From positions 76,465 through 140,464 of the forward strand of contig CAZOVA010000001.1 in assembly GCA_964583625.1 (NCBI GenBank): a stretch of 64,000 bases of DNA, in the 5' to 3' direction. The DNA comes from an uncultured Pseudomonadales bacterium (GTDB lineage Bacteria; Patescibacteriota; Microgenomatia; UBA1400; PJMF01). The position numbers and the translations under genes were made by a program. The notes below the pieces were generated by a model. That model saw only the letters and a program-made list of their open reading frames with translations. It made no database searches and was not told the origin of the DNA. Positions 28,603-38,362 of the stretch are shown here, one piece after another. The stretch's first letter is position 1; each line of letters begins with the position of its first letter.

Positions 28603-30024
28603 TTATTTTCTAGTTAGGTCTGAGCTTCTCACAAACCATAGGAAAATTGCTGGCGGATCATCAAGTAAGGCTTGCTGAAATGACTGATAGAGGGTCTGTC
28701 TTTCTTGCTGATCAATCGTCTTTCTCCCTCTCTCCAATAAACTATCCACCCTGGTATTTTTATATTTAGTAAAATTACTAGCTAAATCAGAGTGCCAAAG
28801 AGAATATTGGTCTGGATCAAGAGAAACTTCTTGCCCTAAAAGTAAGGTTTGAAAGTTTTGTGTATTGGGAAAGTTTTGAATTTGAATTTTGACTTGAAGA
28901 CGTAAATACTCACAGGGTTTTTTATCGGTAATTTCTTTGCTTTCCAAGCAGGCATCAACCGCCCTCTCACCTAGTTCCTCCCAATCTTTTTTAATATCAC
29001 TGGCCAAATTGAAATAAGTGGTTGTTGTAATTAACTCTATTTCAAGAGGCTTAGTGGGCAATTCAGTCAAAAGTCTTTCTACAGCTGTCTCAAAATTTTG
29101 ATCATAAGTCTTTAAACCCTTGAGATAGGCCCAAGAATCTTTCGGAATCGGACCCAAAGCTCTTTGGAAACCACTTCTTTCTTTATTAACGGCATAACTT
29201 AAAGCCAAGCGCATATTCTTTGTCAAAACTGGATCTTGATTATTGAAAAAAACCGCCAGGTATTGATCGGCGATCACTCTTTCATTGGTCGCGACTGTGG
29301 GCCAACCAGCAATTTCTTCAATATTAGTAACATCAAAAAGATAATCAATTTGTCCCATTTTGAAAGCCTCAATCGCTTGATCTTGAGTATAGTAGAAACG
29401 ATAAACATAACGTTTTCTTTCCGCTAAATCATCCAAAACAATTTCAGCTAGGTCAGTTTTAGTTCGGTCTTTATAAATTGTTTTTCTTATCTTAACTGGT
29501 TTGAGTCCAATCAAAGTGTCTGTTTGGAAAAACCTTCCAAAACTTTCTGTTTTTGGTTTTAAAAGAGGAGCAGTTAAGTATTGAGGAAAAGAAGCAAATG
29601 GTTCTGGCAATTCATAAACAATCTCTTGGTTTTCATAAATTATCGTTGTGTCACGCAAAGGATAATTTATATTGGAAATTTGTAATTTTTCACCATCCTG
29701 CCAATAAATATTTTCTGGTAAAATCACACGATACTTTTTACCTTCGTCCTCGATGATAACTTTTTCAGCTAGGTCGGGAATAAAACTTCCATCAGCATCA
29801 GCCTTGAGTAAGCCACGACTGAGTTGTTCAGTGATCATTGAGGGTAGGTTTGGCAACTGATATTCACCAATAATACCAATGAAATAAGTATTTTTTCTAG
29901 TAACCGTTTCGATTAAATAAGGGATAAGAAAGTAGAAAAGAAGCACACTGACACCACTAGCTAAAAGAAGTTGCCAGCCCCGTTTGCGCAAGTAGGCGGT
30001 GATATACCAATAGATTTTACGCAT
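28603..30024 (-). CDS. ABC-type substrate-binding protein, family 5 (peptide/nickel type), anchored by N-terminal TM; orphan (no permease or ATPase nearby)
   Basis: C-terminal half matches the SBP_bac_5 pattern (…FNNQDPVLTKNMRLALSYAVNKE…, …RVDSLLERGRKTIDQQERQTLYQSFQQALLDDPPAIFLW). Confidence 0.5.
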   Translation of the reverse strand: MRKIYWYITAYLRKRGWQLLLASGVSVLLFYFLIPYLIETVTRKNTYFIGIIGEYQLPNLPSMITEQLSRGLLKADADGSFIPDLAEKVIIEDEGKKYRVILPENIYWQDGEKLQISNINYPLRDTTIIYENQEIVYELPEPFASFPQYLTAPLLKPKTESFGRFFQTDTLIGLKPVKIRKTIYKDRTKTDLAEIVLDDLAERKRYVYRFYYTQDQAIEAFKMGQIDYLFDVTNIEEIAGWPTVATNERVIADQYLAVFFNNQDPVLTKNMRLALSYAVNKERSGFQRALGPIPKDSWAYLKGLKTYDQNFETAVERLLTELPTKPLEIELITTTTYFNLASDIKKDWEELGERAVDACLESKEITDKKPCEYLRLQVKIQIQNFPNTQNFQTLLLGQEVSLDPDQYSLWHSDLASNFTKYKNTRVDSLLERGRKTIDQQERQTLYQSFQQALLDDPPAIFLWFVRSSDLTRK

Positions 30025-30027
30025 AGA

Positions 30028-30234
30028 TTATAACGCGAGATCTAGGAGTGAGAGAAAAACAAAACCCGCGATAGAAATAATCGTAACATAAAAAATAGCC
30101 TTTTCCAAACCACGCTTGGTCGTGTAAGAGTTATTATTTCCCTCGCCCCACAAACCTAGTCCCGCGTCTTGCGTTTGCAATAAAATACAAGCAATAATAA
30201 TAATGCCCAAAAAAATTTGTAAGGTCAAAATCAT
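30028..30234 (-). CDS. secG: preprotein translocase subunit SecG
   Basis: 68 aa with two TM helices and the LLQTQDAGLG…G…YTTKRGLEKA…I SecG-like loop. Confidence 0.6.
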   Translation of the reverse strand: MILTLQIFLGIIIIACILLQTQDAGLGLWGEGNNNSYTTKRGLEKAIFYVTIISIAGFVFLSLLDLAL

Positions 30235-30248
30235 AAAACTCCTTTATA

Positions 30249-31850
30249 TTATTTTGCTACCGCCTGACTTCTAGTTTCTCTAATAACGGTCACGGTCACT
30301 GTACCTGGATAAGTCAATTTTTCTTTAATTTCATCACGAATTTTACCACTGAGAACGGCCACATCATCATCTTTGGACTTCTCTGGTTCAAGAATGATGC
30401 GCACTTCGCGGCCAGCAGCAATGGCATAAGATTTAGCGACCTCAGGATAAGCATTGGCAATTTCCTCCAGCTTTTGCAATCTCTGAACATATTCATCATA
30501 GTTTTCATATCTAGCTCCTGGTCTTGCTCCAGAAATAGCGTCAGCGATATAAACCGCTACTTGTTCTGGCCCAGAAAAATGGTCGTCTTCATGGTGTTGA
30601 GCGATAGCATCAATCACCCCTTGAGGGAGATTATATTTTTTAGCGATTTTAACGCCCAACTCTACATGACTGCCTTCTACCTCATCAGAGACTTTACCAA
30701 TATCATGAAGTAAACAACCCAATTTAACAATATTAACATTCAGTCCTAATTCATGAGCAATTTTAATACCGATTCTTGTTTCTTCCAAAGTGTGAGCAAT
30801 TAAATTTTGACCATAAGAAAAACGATATTTAAAACGACCTAAAAGCTGCATCAACTCATTAGGTAAATTGTAAATACCCAATTGATGACAAAGATTCTTA
30901 CCTTCCTCAAACATTACTTTATCAATTTCTTTTTTGGTTTTAGCCACAATTTCTTCAATTCTTGCTGGCTGCACACGACCATCCTTAATTAGTTTTTCCA
31001 AAGAAATTTTGGCAATCTCTCGACGAACTGGATCAAAACAAGAAAGTTTGACTTCAGTTGGTGAAGCATCTAAATCGACGTCAACGCCGGTAATTCTTTC
31101 AAAAGCGTGAATATTACGACCGTTTTTACCAATAATTTTGCCTTTGGCGTCTTCACTGGGAAGGGTAACTGTTGACATGGTATATTCTGGCACATAATCA
31201 GTGGCCCCATATTTCATTGCTTCAATCAAAATCTCCTTGACTTTGCTATCAGCTTCCGCTCGGGCCTCTTCTTCCTTTTGATGAATGATTTGCGCCATGT
31301 CTTTAACGGCCCGTTTTTTTGTTTGGTCGATTAAATACTCCTGAGCTTGAGTTTTAGTCATGCCAGCCAATTCTTCCAAACGAGCTAAGACCTTCTTTTT
31401 GGTTTCTTCCACTTGGGTTTGTAAGTCACGCAGTTTCTCTTTTTCTTTTTCTAAGTATTCTTCTTTCTGATCCATTTGGGACAAACGCGCATCAATGCGG
31501 TCTAGCTTCAAAGTGAGGGTCCTTTGTTGCTCCTCTACTTGACGCAAAACGGCCTGCGCTTCTTTTTCTGCCTGACTACGCAAACTCAAAGCTTCAGACT
31601 TAGCTTCGACAATAATTTCTTTGGCCTGAGCTTGTGCCTCTCTTTTGAGGCTTTGTACTTCCAGCAAAGTTTTAGCGTCTGGTTGACTAATTACTGGTTT
31701 TACAGTTTGGGGCAAATGCCCCCTTTTGTCTATTTGTCCAGCTGTCTTTTTTTTGACTGGTGGACTTATTTTTTTGACTCCTGCGGGAGCCTTTACATTA
31801 CTTTTGCCTTTGGAGGCAAAAAGAGTTGATAAATTATTAAAAAATGCCAT
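30249..31850 (-). CDS. rny: ribonuclease Y
   Basis: N-terminal TM plus coiled coil, KH domain (IIGKNGRNIHAFERITGVDVDLD), HD domain (HTLEETRIGIKIAHELG…LLHDIGK). Confidence 0.85.
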   Translation of the reverse strand: MAFFNNLSTLFASKGKSNVKAPAGVKKISPPVKKKTAGQIDKRGHLPQTVKPVISQPDAKTLLEVQSLKREAQAQAKEIIVEAKSEALSLRSQAEKEAQAVLRQVEEQQRTLTLKLDRIDARLSQMDQKEEYLEKEKEKLRDLQTQVEETKKKVLARLEELAGMTKTQAQEYLIDQTKKRAVKDMAQIIHQKEEEARAEADSKVKEILIEAMKYGATDYVPEYTMSTVTLPSEDAKGKIIGKNGRNIHAFERITGVDVDLDASPTEVKLSCFDPVRREIAKISLEKLIKDGRVQPARIEEIVAKTKKEIDKVMFEEGKNLCHQLGIYNLPNELMQLLGRFKYRFSYGQNLIAHTLEETRIGIKIAHELGLNVNIVKLGCLLHDIGKVSDEVEGSHVELGVKIAKKYNLPQGVIDAIAQHHEDDHFSGPEQVAVYIADAISGARPGARYENYDEYVQRLQKLEEIANAYPEVAKSYAIAAGREVRIILEPEKSKDDDVAVLSGKIRDEIKEKLTYPGTVTVTVIRETRSQAVAK

Positions 31851-32321
31851 ATCTCTCCTTATTCTATTTATTTTAGAGAGAAGCTATTTTTTTGATAAGA
31901 AAAAACTTTAGGCTCGAAAAAAATAATGATGAGCCCCAAAGGGAAATGGTTTTACACTAAATTTTTTTAGTAAGTTTAGTAAATAAAAACTCATATTTTC
32001 AAATTAATATCTTAATTAGCTTCTCAGAATAAGTCGATTATAACAAAAAAAGCCCCTTTTGTCAATGTGCCGACTGGTTATTACCAGATAAACGCAGAGT
32101 AAAATAGCTGTCTTTTAAATAAAAGTTACTTTTAGTGATTTAGCGTCGGAGATTTTCAGCTCGCAGTCAATAATCAGATTATTAAAATAATTACTTCTTT
32201 TAAGCTTGAATAAATCAGGTAACAAACTGCTAAAGCCTCCAGAGCAAGACAAAGAATAAAAATTTTGATTTTTTATTATTTGAGAAATGAAAGAAAAATT
32301 CTTAGTCTTTTTCTCTAATCA

Positions 32322-32332
32322 TATGGTATAAT
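32322..32332 (+). promoter_or_regulatory. extended -10 element TATGGTATAAT immediately upstream of secY (very short leader)
   Basis: Same 11-mer as upstream of rplY and rpsJ. Only about 15 nt to the secY ATG at 32348 and no SD. Confidence 0.35.
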
Positions 32333-32347
32333 AATCGCTTGTTGTTT

Positions 32348-33634
32348 ATGAATCAAGTTAAACAATTCTTCCAAAAAATCATCAATTCTCCAGAACTTAA
32401 ACGCAAAGCTTTATTTACGCTACTGATTTTTATTGTCGCTCGTTTTCTTGCTCAAGTCCCTTTACCCACGATTGACATTGCCCGTTTGCAGATGATTTTT
32501 AGCAATAGCGACTTTCTTAGTTTTCTTAATATTATTTCTGGGGGAACTTTATCCTCTTTTTCCATTGTCGCTATTGGAATCAGTCCTTATATTACCTCTT
32601 CCATTGTGTTTCAGTTGCTAGCGATGATTTGGCCCAAGTTCAAAGAAATGCAAAAAGATGGAGAGAAGGGTAGAGCCAAACTCAATCAATATACCAGATT
32701 GCTATCTTTACCTTTGGCTATTTTCCAATCTTTTTCCATTATTGCTATTTTAAGAAGTCAGAGTTTGCTTTTGAGTAATAACTGGCAAGCAATTATGGTT
32801 TTAATTTTGTTTTTAACGGTTGGTTCCTTTATTATGCTTTGGCTGGGAGAATTAATTACTGCCAAAGGTTTAGGAAATGGTATTTCTATGATTATGTTGC
32901 TGGGTATTTTAGGACAATTGCCGACAACTTTCGCTCAAGGAATTCAATTGTCAAAAACTGGCCAATGGTTTCTGCTTTTGGCAGTCAGTGCTGGTATTGT
33001 TGCTATTGTTGGCATTGTTGTTTTTGTTAATCAAGCGGTACGCAAAGTGCCGATTCATTATGCCAAAAGAATTCAAGGGAACCGACAAATTGGAGGACAA
33101 ACAACTTTTTTCCCGATCAAACTTAATTCTGTTGGCGTTATGCCTATTATTTTTTCTGTCACCTTAATGACTATCCCCGCCGTCATCGGTCGTGCTTTGA
33201 CTAGTTTGGAAAGTCCTTTTTGGCAGAATTTTGGTGAAAAATTACAAGTCCTTTTCTCTCAGAACAATTCTTTTTATATCGTCCTTTATTTTGGCATTGT
33301 TTTTGTTCTTTCATATTTTTCTGCTTTGCTTTTTTTCAATGCTCGAGATATCAGTGAGGAATTAAAAAAATCAGGTGCCTTTATTGCGGGAGTAAGACCT
33401 GGACAACAAACCCAGACTTTTTTTGAAAGAGTGATTAAACGTCTAACATTCGTTGACGGTCTTTTTCTTGGTTCAGTAGCTGTTCTGCCTTTTATTTTGC
33501 AAAAAATTACTGGTTTAAACTCTTTGGCGATTGGCGGGACAAGCCTTTTGATTGCTGTTTCTGTTATTTTAGAAGTTAATAAAATCGTGGATGGTGCCGC
33601 TGTCGGGCAGGATTACGATAAATATTTATCATAA
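32348..33634 (+). CDS. secY: preprotein translocase subunit SecY
   Basis: 10-TM SecY with characteristic N-terminus (…ELKRKALFTLLIFIVARFLAQVPLP…). ATG at 32348 preferred over the track's TTG at 32339. Confidence 0.9.
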   Translation: MNQVKQFFQKIINSPELKRKALFTLLIFIVARFLAQVPLPTIDIARLQMIFSNSDFLSFLNIISGGTLSSFSIVAIGISPYITSSIVFQLLAMIWPKFKEMQKDGEKGRAKLNQYTRLLSLPLAIFQSFSIIAILRSQSLLLSNNWQAIMVLILFLTVGSFIMLWLGELITAKGLGNGISMIMLLGILGQLPTTFAQGIQLSKTGQWFLLLAVSAGIVAIVGIVVFVNQAVRKVPIHYAKRIQGNRQIGGQTTFFPIKLNSVGVMPIIFSVTLMTIPAVIGRALTSLESPFWQNFGEKLQVLFSQNNSFYIVLYFGIVFVLSYFSALLFFNARDISEELKKSGAFIAGVRPGQQTQTFFERVIKRLTFVDGLFLGSVAVLPFILQKITGLNSLAIGGTSLLIAVSVILEVNKIVDGAAVGQDYDKYLS

Positions 33635-33652
33635 AAAAGGAAAGTAAAAAGC

Positions 33653-34207
33653 ATGAGAATTGTTTTAATTGGAATTCAAGGGGCTGGTAAGTCAACTCAG
33701 GGAAATTTATTGTCTGAAAAAATTAACGTACCCTATCTTTCTTCTGGTCATATTTTTCGACAAATGGCCAAAGCTAAGACTCCCACTGGCAGAATGCTCA
33801 AAGAAACCCTTAATTCTGGTTCTTTAGTTTCTGACGAAATGACGATCAATGTGGTTTTGGAATATCTAGCTAAACCAGAATATGCTAATGGCTATGTTTT
33901 GGACGGCTTTCCTCGGACTCAGGCCCAAGCGGAGGTTTTTAATGGGGGAGTGGATAGAGTGGTTTTTTTGGATGTTTCTGATCGCGAGGCGCTTTGGCGG
34001 ATTTCTGGACGTGTTTCTGATCGCGAAGACGAGACCTTGCAAGCGATTCGCAAAAGAATAGAACTTTTCCATGCTTGGACACAACCAGTTTTAGATTATT
34101 ATGCTGCTCAGAGAAAATTAATCACTATTGACGGAGAACAGACAGTGGAAGAAGTTTTCGCTGATATTTGCCGTCATCTAAACATCAATTTAGAAAATGA
34201 TAAATAA
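33653..34207 (+). CDS. adk: adenylate kinase (short form, no Zn-lid)
   Basis: MRIVLIGIQGAGKSTQG P-loop, GYVLDGFPRTQAQA. Confidence 0.9.
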   Translation: MRIVLIGIQGAGKSTQGNLLSEKINVPYLSSGHIFRQMAKAKTPTGRMLKETLNSGSLVSDEMTINVVLEYLAKPEYANGYVLDGFPRTQAQAEVFNGGVDRVVFLDVSDREALWRISGRVSDREDETLQAIRKRIELFHAWTQPVLDYYAAQRKLITIDGEQTVEEVFADICRHLNINLENDK

Positions 34208-34925
34208 ATTCAGCGCCATGCGTGAAGGTGGCGCCAAATTAAATAAGATAAAAAAACAATTAATCGATTTTGCTGTTATTGGTAGAAGTTTTTTAGAAAT
34301 TGAAAATCAAGCTCAAAAGTTAATTAGGGAAGAGGGAGCTGTTCCCAATTTTTCTTTGGTCCCTGGATATAAATGGGCTATTTGTATCAATAAAAATGAG
34401 GGCATTGTTCACGGTATTCCTAATGAAACCATCATCAATGACGGTGATTTAATTTCTATTGATCTAGGTTTACTTTGGCAAGGATGGAACCTTGACACCT
34501 CAATTAGTTTTATCGCTGGCAAAAGTAATAGCCAGCTTGACTATTTTTTACAAATCGGACAAAAAGCCCTCCGTAAAACTATTGCTCTCGCTCAAGCAGG
34601 CAATAGTGTTTACGATTTATCAATGATGATTGAAAAAACTATCCAAAGAGCTGGTTTTTCTCCTAGCTATCAATTAGCTGGTCATTTTATTGGTAAAAAA
34701 CTTCATGAAGATCCATTAATCCCTTGCGTCGGGCGCAAAGTAGATAGAAAAAAACTTCTAAAAGTGGGGGACTCCTTAGCCATCGAAGTAATGTATGCTG
34801 CTGGTGAATGTGATTTAGTTTTAGCTGCTGATGGTTGGACTTATGAAACCGCTGACAAAAGTCTAACAGCTCTATTTGAAGAAACTGTTTTTATCACAGC
34901 AAAGGGACCACAAATTTTAACTTAA
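34197..34925 (+). CDS. map: methionine aminopeptidase type I
   Basis: Pita-bread fold motifs (…IVHGIPNETIINDGDLISIDLG…, …HFIGKKLHEDP…EVMYAAGE). Confidence 0.85.
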   Translation: MINKFSAMREGGAKLNKIKKQLIDFAVIGRSFLEIENQAQKLIREEGAVPNFSLVPGYKWAICINKNEGIVHGIPNETIINDGDLISIDLGLLWQGWNLDTSISFIAGKSNSQLDYFLQIGQKALRKTIALAQAGNSVYDLSMMIEKTIQRAGFSPSYQLAGHFIGKKLHEDPLIPCVGRKVDRKKLLKVGDSLAIEVMYAAGECDLVLAADGWTYETADKSLTALFEETVFITAKGPQILT

Positions 34926-35032
34926 TAAGATTTTATAAAAATTTGTCTAATCAGCGTTTTTCAGTTATTAGGCAAAATAGTTGTCCCAGTTATTGAAGAA
35001 AACTTTAACAGAATTGTCTATCTCTAAAATAA

Positions 35033-38000
35033 TTATCCAAAAAGAGTGCGAACGATTTGTCGTAAATTTCTCTTTTCTTTTTTCCTGTCTTGCCAAAAAA
35101 GATAGCCGAAGCCAGCAAGGGTGCCTAGCCACAAAATCATTCCTCCATAAGCCCAAATTTGAGGCCAATAATAAATTTTAACTAGCCATTGACCTCTGTC
35201 TACAGTCCAAGCATTGGCCCAACCGTTAAAAACCTGTGGTTTTTTAACTATTTTTTCCCCAGTTTCCTGATTGATAAACTTAGCCCGCCAAAGAGGATCA
35301 TAGCTTTGATGAAAAACTAATAAGTTGTTTTCGCTCTGACCAGCAAAAGTTAATTCATAACTAGCACTATTGTTTTTATGATATGCTCCTATCTGCGCCA
35401 CACTACTCACTTTTGCCAAATTTCTCTGTTGAGCGTAGATTTTACCTAGTCTTTGAATATTGACAGGAATAAAAATGAGCTCTGTCAAAGTATTTTCACT
35501 TTTCTGTCCAAAGGAATTAGTTTCAAAATTAAAAAATAATTCTTGGTAATTTTTTTTGTTCTGACTCATGAGATTATAAGTGATATCAAAATCACCTTCT
35601 GGCAAGAGTGTTTCTAAAAATCTTTGACCATTACTATCTTGAATGACGGCCATTTTCCAACTTCTTCCAGCCAAATTTTGTCCCTTCATTCTGAGCAAAT
35701 AATCGCTTCCATTATTAAAGTTTTCTGCCCTTATAGTTAGACAAGCATTACCCATTTTTTCAGCCCGCAACCAAAGTTTAGCTTCATTTTTTGCATTAAG
35801 ATTTTCGACTTCTCCTTCCTGAGAACAATTACCAATTTCCATTTTTTGCTTCAAATCAACTGCCTGTTCAAAACTTCGGTCAATTACTAATTCTAAATTT
35901 TTATTAGCTTCTTCTAAAACAAGAGAGGTGGTTTTTTTTAATGGTTCCAAGTAATTAGGGGTAAAAGTATAAGAAAAGGCGTTTTGGTAATTAATAATAT
36001 AAGAAATTTTCTCTGTTCTTTCTTGCGCATTAATTTTTCGATCATCGACAACAGTGATTTTCTGATTTTTATTTGGTAAAAATTGAAAAACGGCCACTTT
36101 ACTTTCTCCTTGAGCTAGAAAAACCACTTCTTGATTAAATTCCACCATAACTCTTTCAGCGCCCACCGAACTAATATCAATCTCCATATTTTGCAATTGA
36201 GGAATTTCAATTTTTTGTTTTCCATTATTAATATAGGTGCGAGGATAATCTAATAATAAATTCCCTCCCTCAAAACTTAGACGAACGGGAGTAATATAAG
36301 TCTCATTGTCTGCCAAAGCGGGCAGAGTCAGAGTCATGTTTTCCTGAGTAATTTTTTCACCTTTTAGAACTACTGTTTGGTCATGCCAACGGACCAGATC
36401 TTCGTTTTGTTCGGTGGTCAAAAAGGCAAAAGGATAAGTCAAGTCAGCTGTCTTTGAGAGTAAATAATCGCCACTATTTTCATAAAGAAAGTCTCTTTGT
36501 CCAGCAATAATATTTTTATTATTAACCAGTGAATATTTATCTGCTGCTTTGAAAAGAGCAGCTTCAGGATAAAACTGATACAGACTAAGAAAATCTTTTT
36601 GCCAGATCAGTTGACCACCACTAGCGCTTAAAAAGTCCTTTATTTCTTGATATTGCGCTCCTTTACCTTCATTAATAAAAGCACTTTCATCAAGTAAAAA
36701 TAAGCTTAAATTATATTGTTGCAAAACTTGAGAAAAAAGACTTTCGTTTTCTTGATTAAGAGCCAGATTCAACTGTCGATAAACTGTTTCATTAGTATTA
36801 ACCCAACGATCAAATTCTCTATCCAATAAAGCTTGAGGTAAACCGAACCACAGCCAGCCAGCTCCTTGATAACCACTCGTTTGCCAATCATGATAGGTCC
36901 AGCCGCTATAACTGAGCATTGGCAGTTTAACGACTACTTGTTCCTGATTGAGAAAGGTCAAAAAACTATAGAGTTCGTCATATTGTTTTGGAAAAGTGAC
37001 CTTCATTTTGTCACTCATTAAATGACCTGTCAAAGCCGGTAAATGAGCTAGCAATAAAAGCGTTATCGCCAATAGATTGACGGTAGTTGTTATTGTTCTT
37101 TTAGTTTCCCATTTTTTGGTTAATAATTCTTGAATAAAAACTAAGCCATTGGCAAAAAATACTACCAAAGCGAAAAGATAAATAATAGAAAACTTGGTAA
37201 AAGGAAAACGAATAGCTTCTTTTAGCAGAGGGAGTGAGCGAATTAATTGATATAGCCACTTGAGAGGAAAATTAAGATTGATTAAGAAAAAAAGACTTCC
37301 CAGAAAAACAGCCAGCAGAGCCAATGTTTGCCAAGTTTGTTTTTTCCAAGATTTATAAATACCAGCAAAAGCAATAATGACAAAAACATATTGTAAGAAA
37401 AATAAATGCGTTTTCTGATAATAAGAATTCCATTCGTCAAAAAGTGGGACAAATTCTCCTTTTTGCCAGTCTAAATCCTTCCAGTTAAAAAGGAAGTTTT
37501 TTCCTGTCAAAACTTGAGGTAACCAACCATAAGCTTGATTATTCCAAAAAGCCTCAGGAGAAAAATTTTGACTAATTTTTGCTTTACTAACATAATGAGA
37601 ATGAAAAATACTGTAATAAAAATTTGGCAATAACCAATAGCTATTGGCGGCTAAAACTAGAAAAATAAGAATTAAGATAGCTTTGATTTTTTTACGCCAG
37701 CCACCTCTTTTAGCCCAAAGCAGGAAAAACGTGTAAAGAAAAACAAAAGGCAGATACATATAGAAAAGGGTGGCGGTATGCGCGGCCGGCGCTGCCAAAG
37801 TTAAAACCACGAAAAACCAAAAATATTCCTGCAATCTGCCTCTTTCCACCGCTTTTTGCAAAGTGAGAAAAACCCAGGGTAAAGTCGCAAAGTGGACGGC
37901 GAACATTTCTAAAGGAACATAAAATTGTTGCAGAGTAATTAAGTTTAGTAGATAAAAAACTGCCGCCGCCGCTGCTGGCCAGGTAGTAAATTTTGTCTGG

Positions 38001-38362
38001 CGTAAAAAACAGAGAGTGAGAAAATAGTAGACGCCGATTCCACCTGTCACATAACAGATGAAAAAGAAAAGATAGCGATTAAGATTATTAGGAAATATTT
38101 GTAAAAGCCAAACTATTGGCAGTCTGACGATTTCCGCCAAGTGAGCTTGAGAAGCAGGAGCACCTAAACCCTGATGCGGTTGCCAAGCCCCCCAAAAAGT
38201 CCTTTGAAAGTATTGCGTTAAATTAAGTTCTGGCTGAAGAGTATCCCAACCGCTCAAAGTGGTTCCTGGTTTGATATTAATAATAGTGACCCAAAGAGCT
38301 ACTAAAACAATCGTTAGTAAAGGAAGATAAAGTTTAATTTTGGACCACCAAGAAGAGATCAT
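35033..38362 (-). CDS. large integral membrane protein (1109 aa): N-terminal roughly 450-aa polytopic domain plus large extracytoplasmic C-terminal domain; GT-C/Emb/YfhO-like architecture (tentative)
   Basis: At least 10 predicted TM helices followed by a long beta-rich soluble region. 4-nt overlap with the upstream GT-C gene. Confidence 0.5.
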   Translation of the reverse strand: MISSWWSKIKLYLPLLTIVLVALWVTIINIKPGTTLSGWDTLQPELNLTQYFQRTFWGAWQPHQGLGAPASQAHLAEIVRLPIVWLLQIFPNNLNRYLFFFICYVTGGIGVYYFLTLCFLRQTKFTTWPAAAAAVFYLLNLITLQQFYVPLEMFAVHFATLPWVFLTLQKAVERGRLQEYFWFFVVLTLAAPAAHTATLFYMYLPFVFLYTFFLLWAKRGGWRKKIKAILILIFLVLAANSYWLLPNFYYSIFHSHYVSKAKISQNFSPEAFWNNQAYGWLPQVLTGKNFLFNWKDLDWQKGEFVPLFDEWNSYYQKTHLFFLQYVFVIIAFAGIYKSWKKQTWQTLALLAVFLGSLFFLINLNFPLKWLYQLIRSLPLLKEAIRFPFTKFSIIYLFALVVFFANGLVFIQELLTKKWETKRTITTTVNLLAITLLLLAHLPALTGHLMSDKMKVTFPKQYDELYSFLTFLNQEQVVVKLPMLSYSGWTYHDWQTSGYQGAGWLWFGLPQALLDREFDRWVNTNETVYRQLNLALNQENESLFSQVLQQYNLSLFLLDESAFINEGKGAQYQEIKDFLSASGGQLIWQKDFLSLYQFYPEAALFKAADKYSLVNNKNIIAGQRDFLYENSGDYLLSKTADLTYPFAFLTTEQNEDLVRWHDQTVVLKGEKITQENMTLTLPALADNETYITPVRLSFEGGNLLLDYPRTYINNGKQKIEIPQLQNMEIDISSVGAERVMVEFNQEVVFLAQGESKVAVFQFLPNKNQKITVVDDRKINAQERTEKISYIINYQNAFSYTFTPNYLEPLKKTTSLVLEEANKNLELVIDRSFEQAVDLKQKMEIGNCSQEGEVENLNAKNEAKLWLRAEKMGNACLTIRAENFNNGSDYLLRMKGQNLAGRSWKMAVIQDSNGQRFLETLLPEGDFDITYNLMSQNKKNYQELFFNFETNSFGQKSENTLTELIFIPVNIQRLGKIYAQQRNLAKVSSVAQIGAYHKNNSASYELTFAGQSENNLLVFHQSYDPLWRAKFINQETGEKIVKKPQVFNGWANAWTVDRGQWLVKIYYWPQIWAYGGMILWLGTLAGFGYLFWQDRKKEKRNLRQIVRTLFG

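Noticed and set aside
31851-32320. Possible small RNA (SRP/4.5S-like) in the 490-bp rny-secY divergent intergenic region.
   Set aside because: Only short 5-bp hairpins are present and the SRP domain IV consensus is not. The stretch is probably just divergent promoter space.
32339-32347. TTG start for secY as given in the ORF track.
   Set aside because: The ATG at 32348 gives the conserved SecY N-terminus. The TTG would place the start 6 nt after the -10 hexamer.
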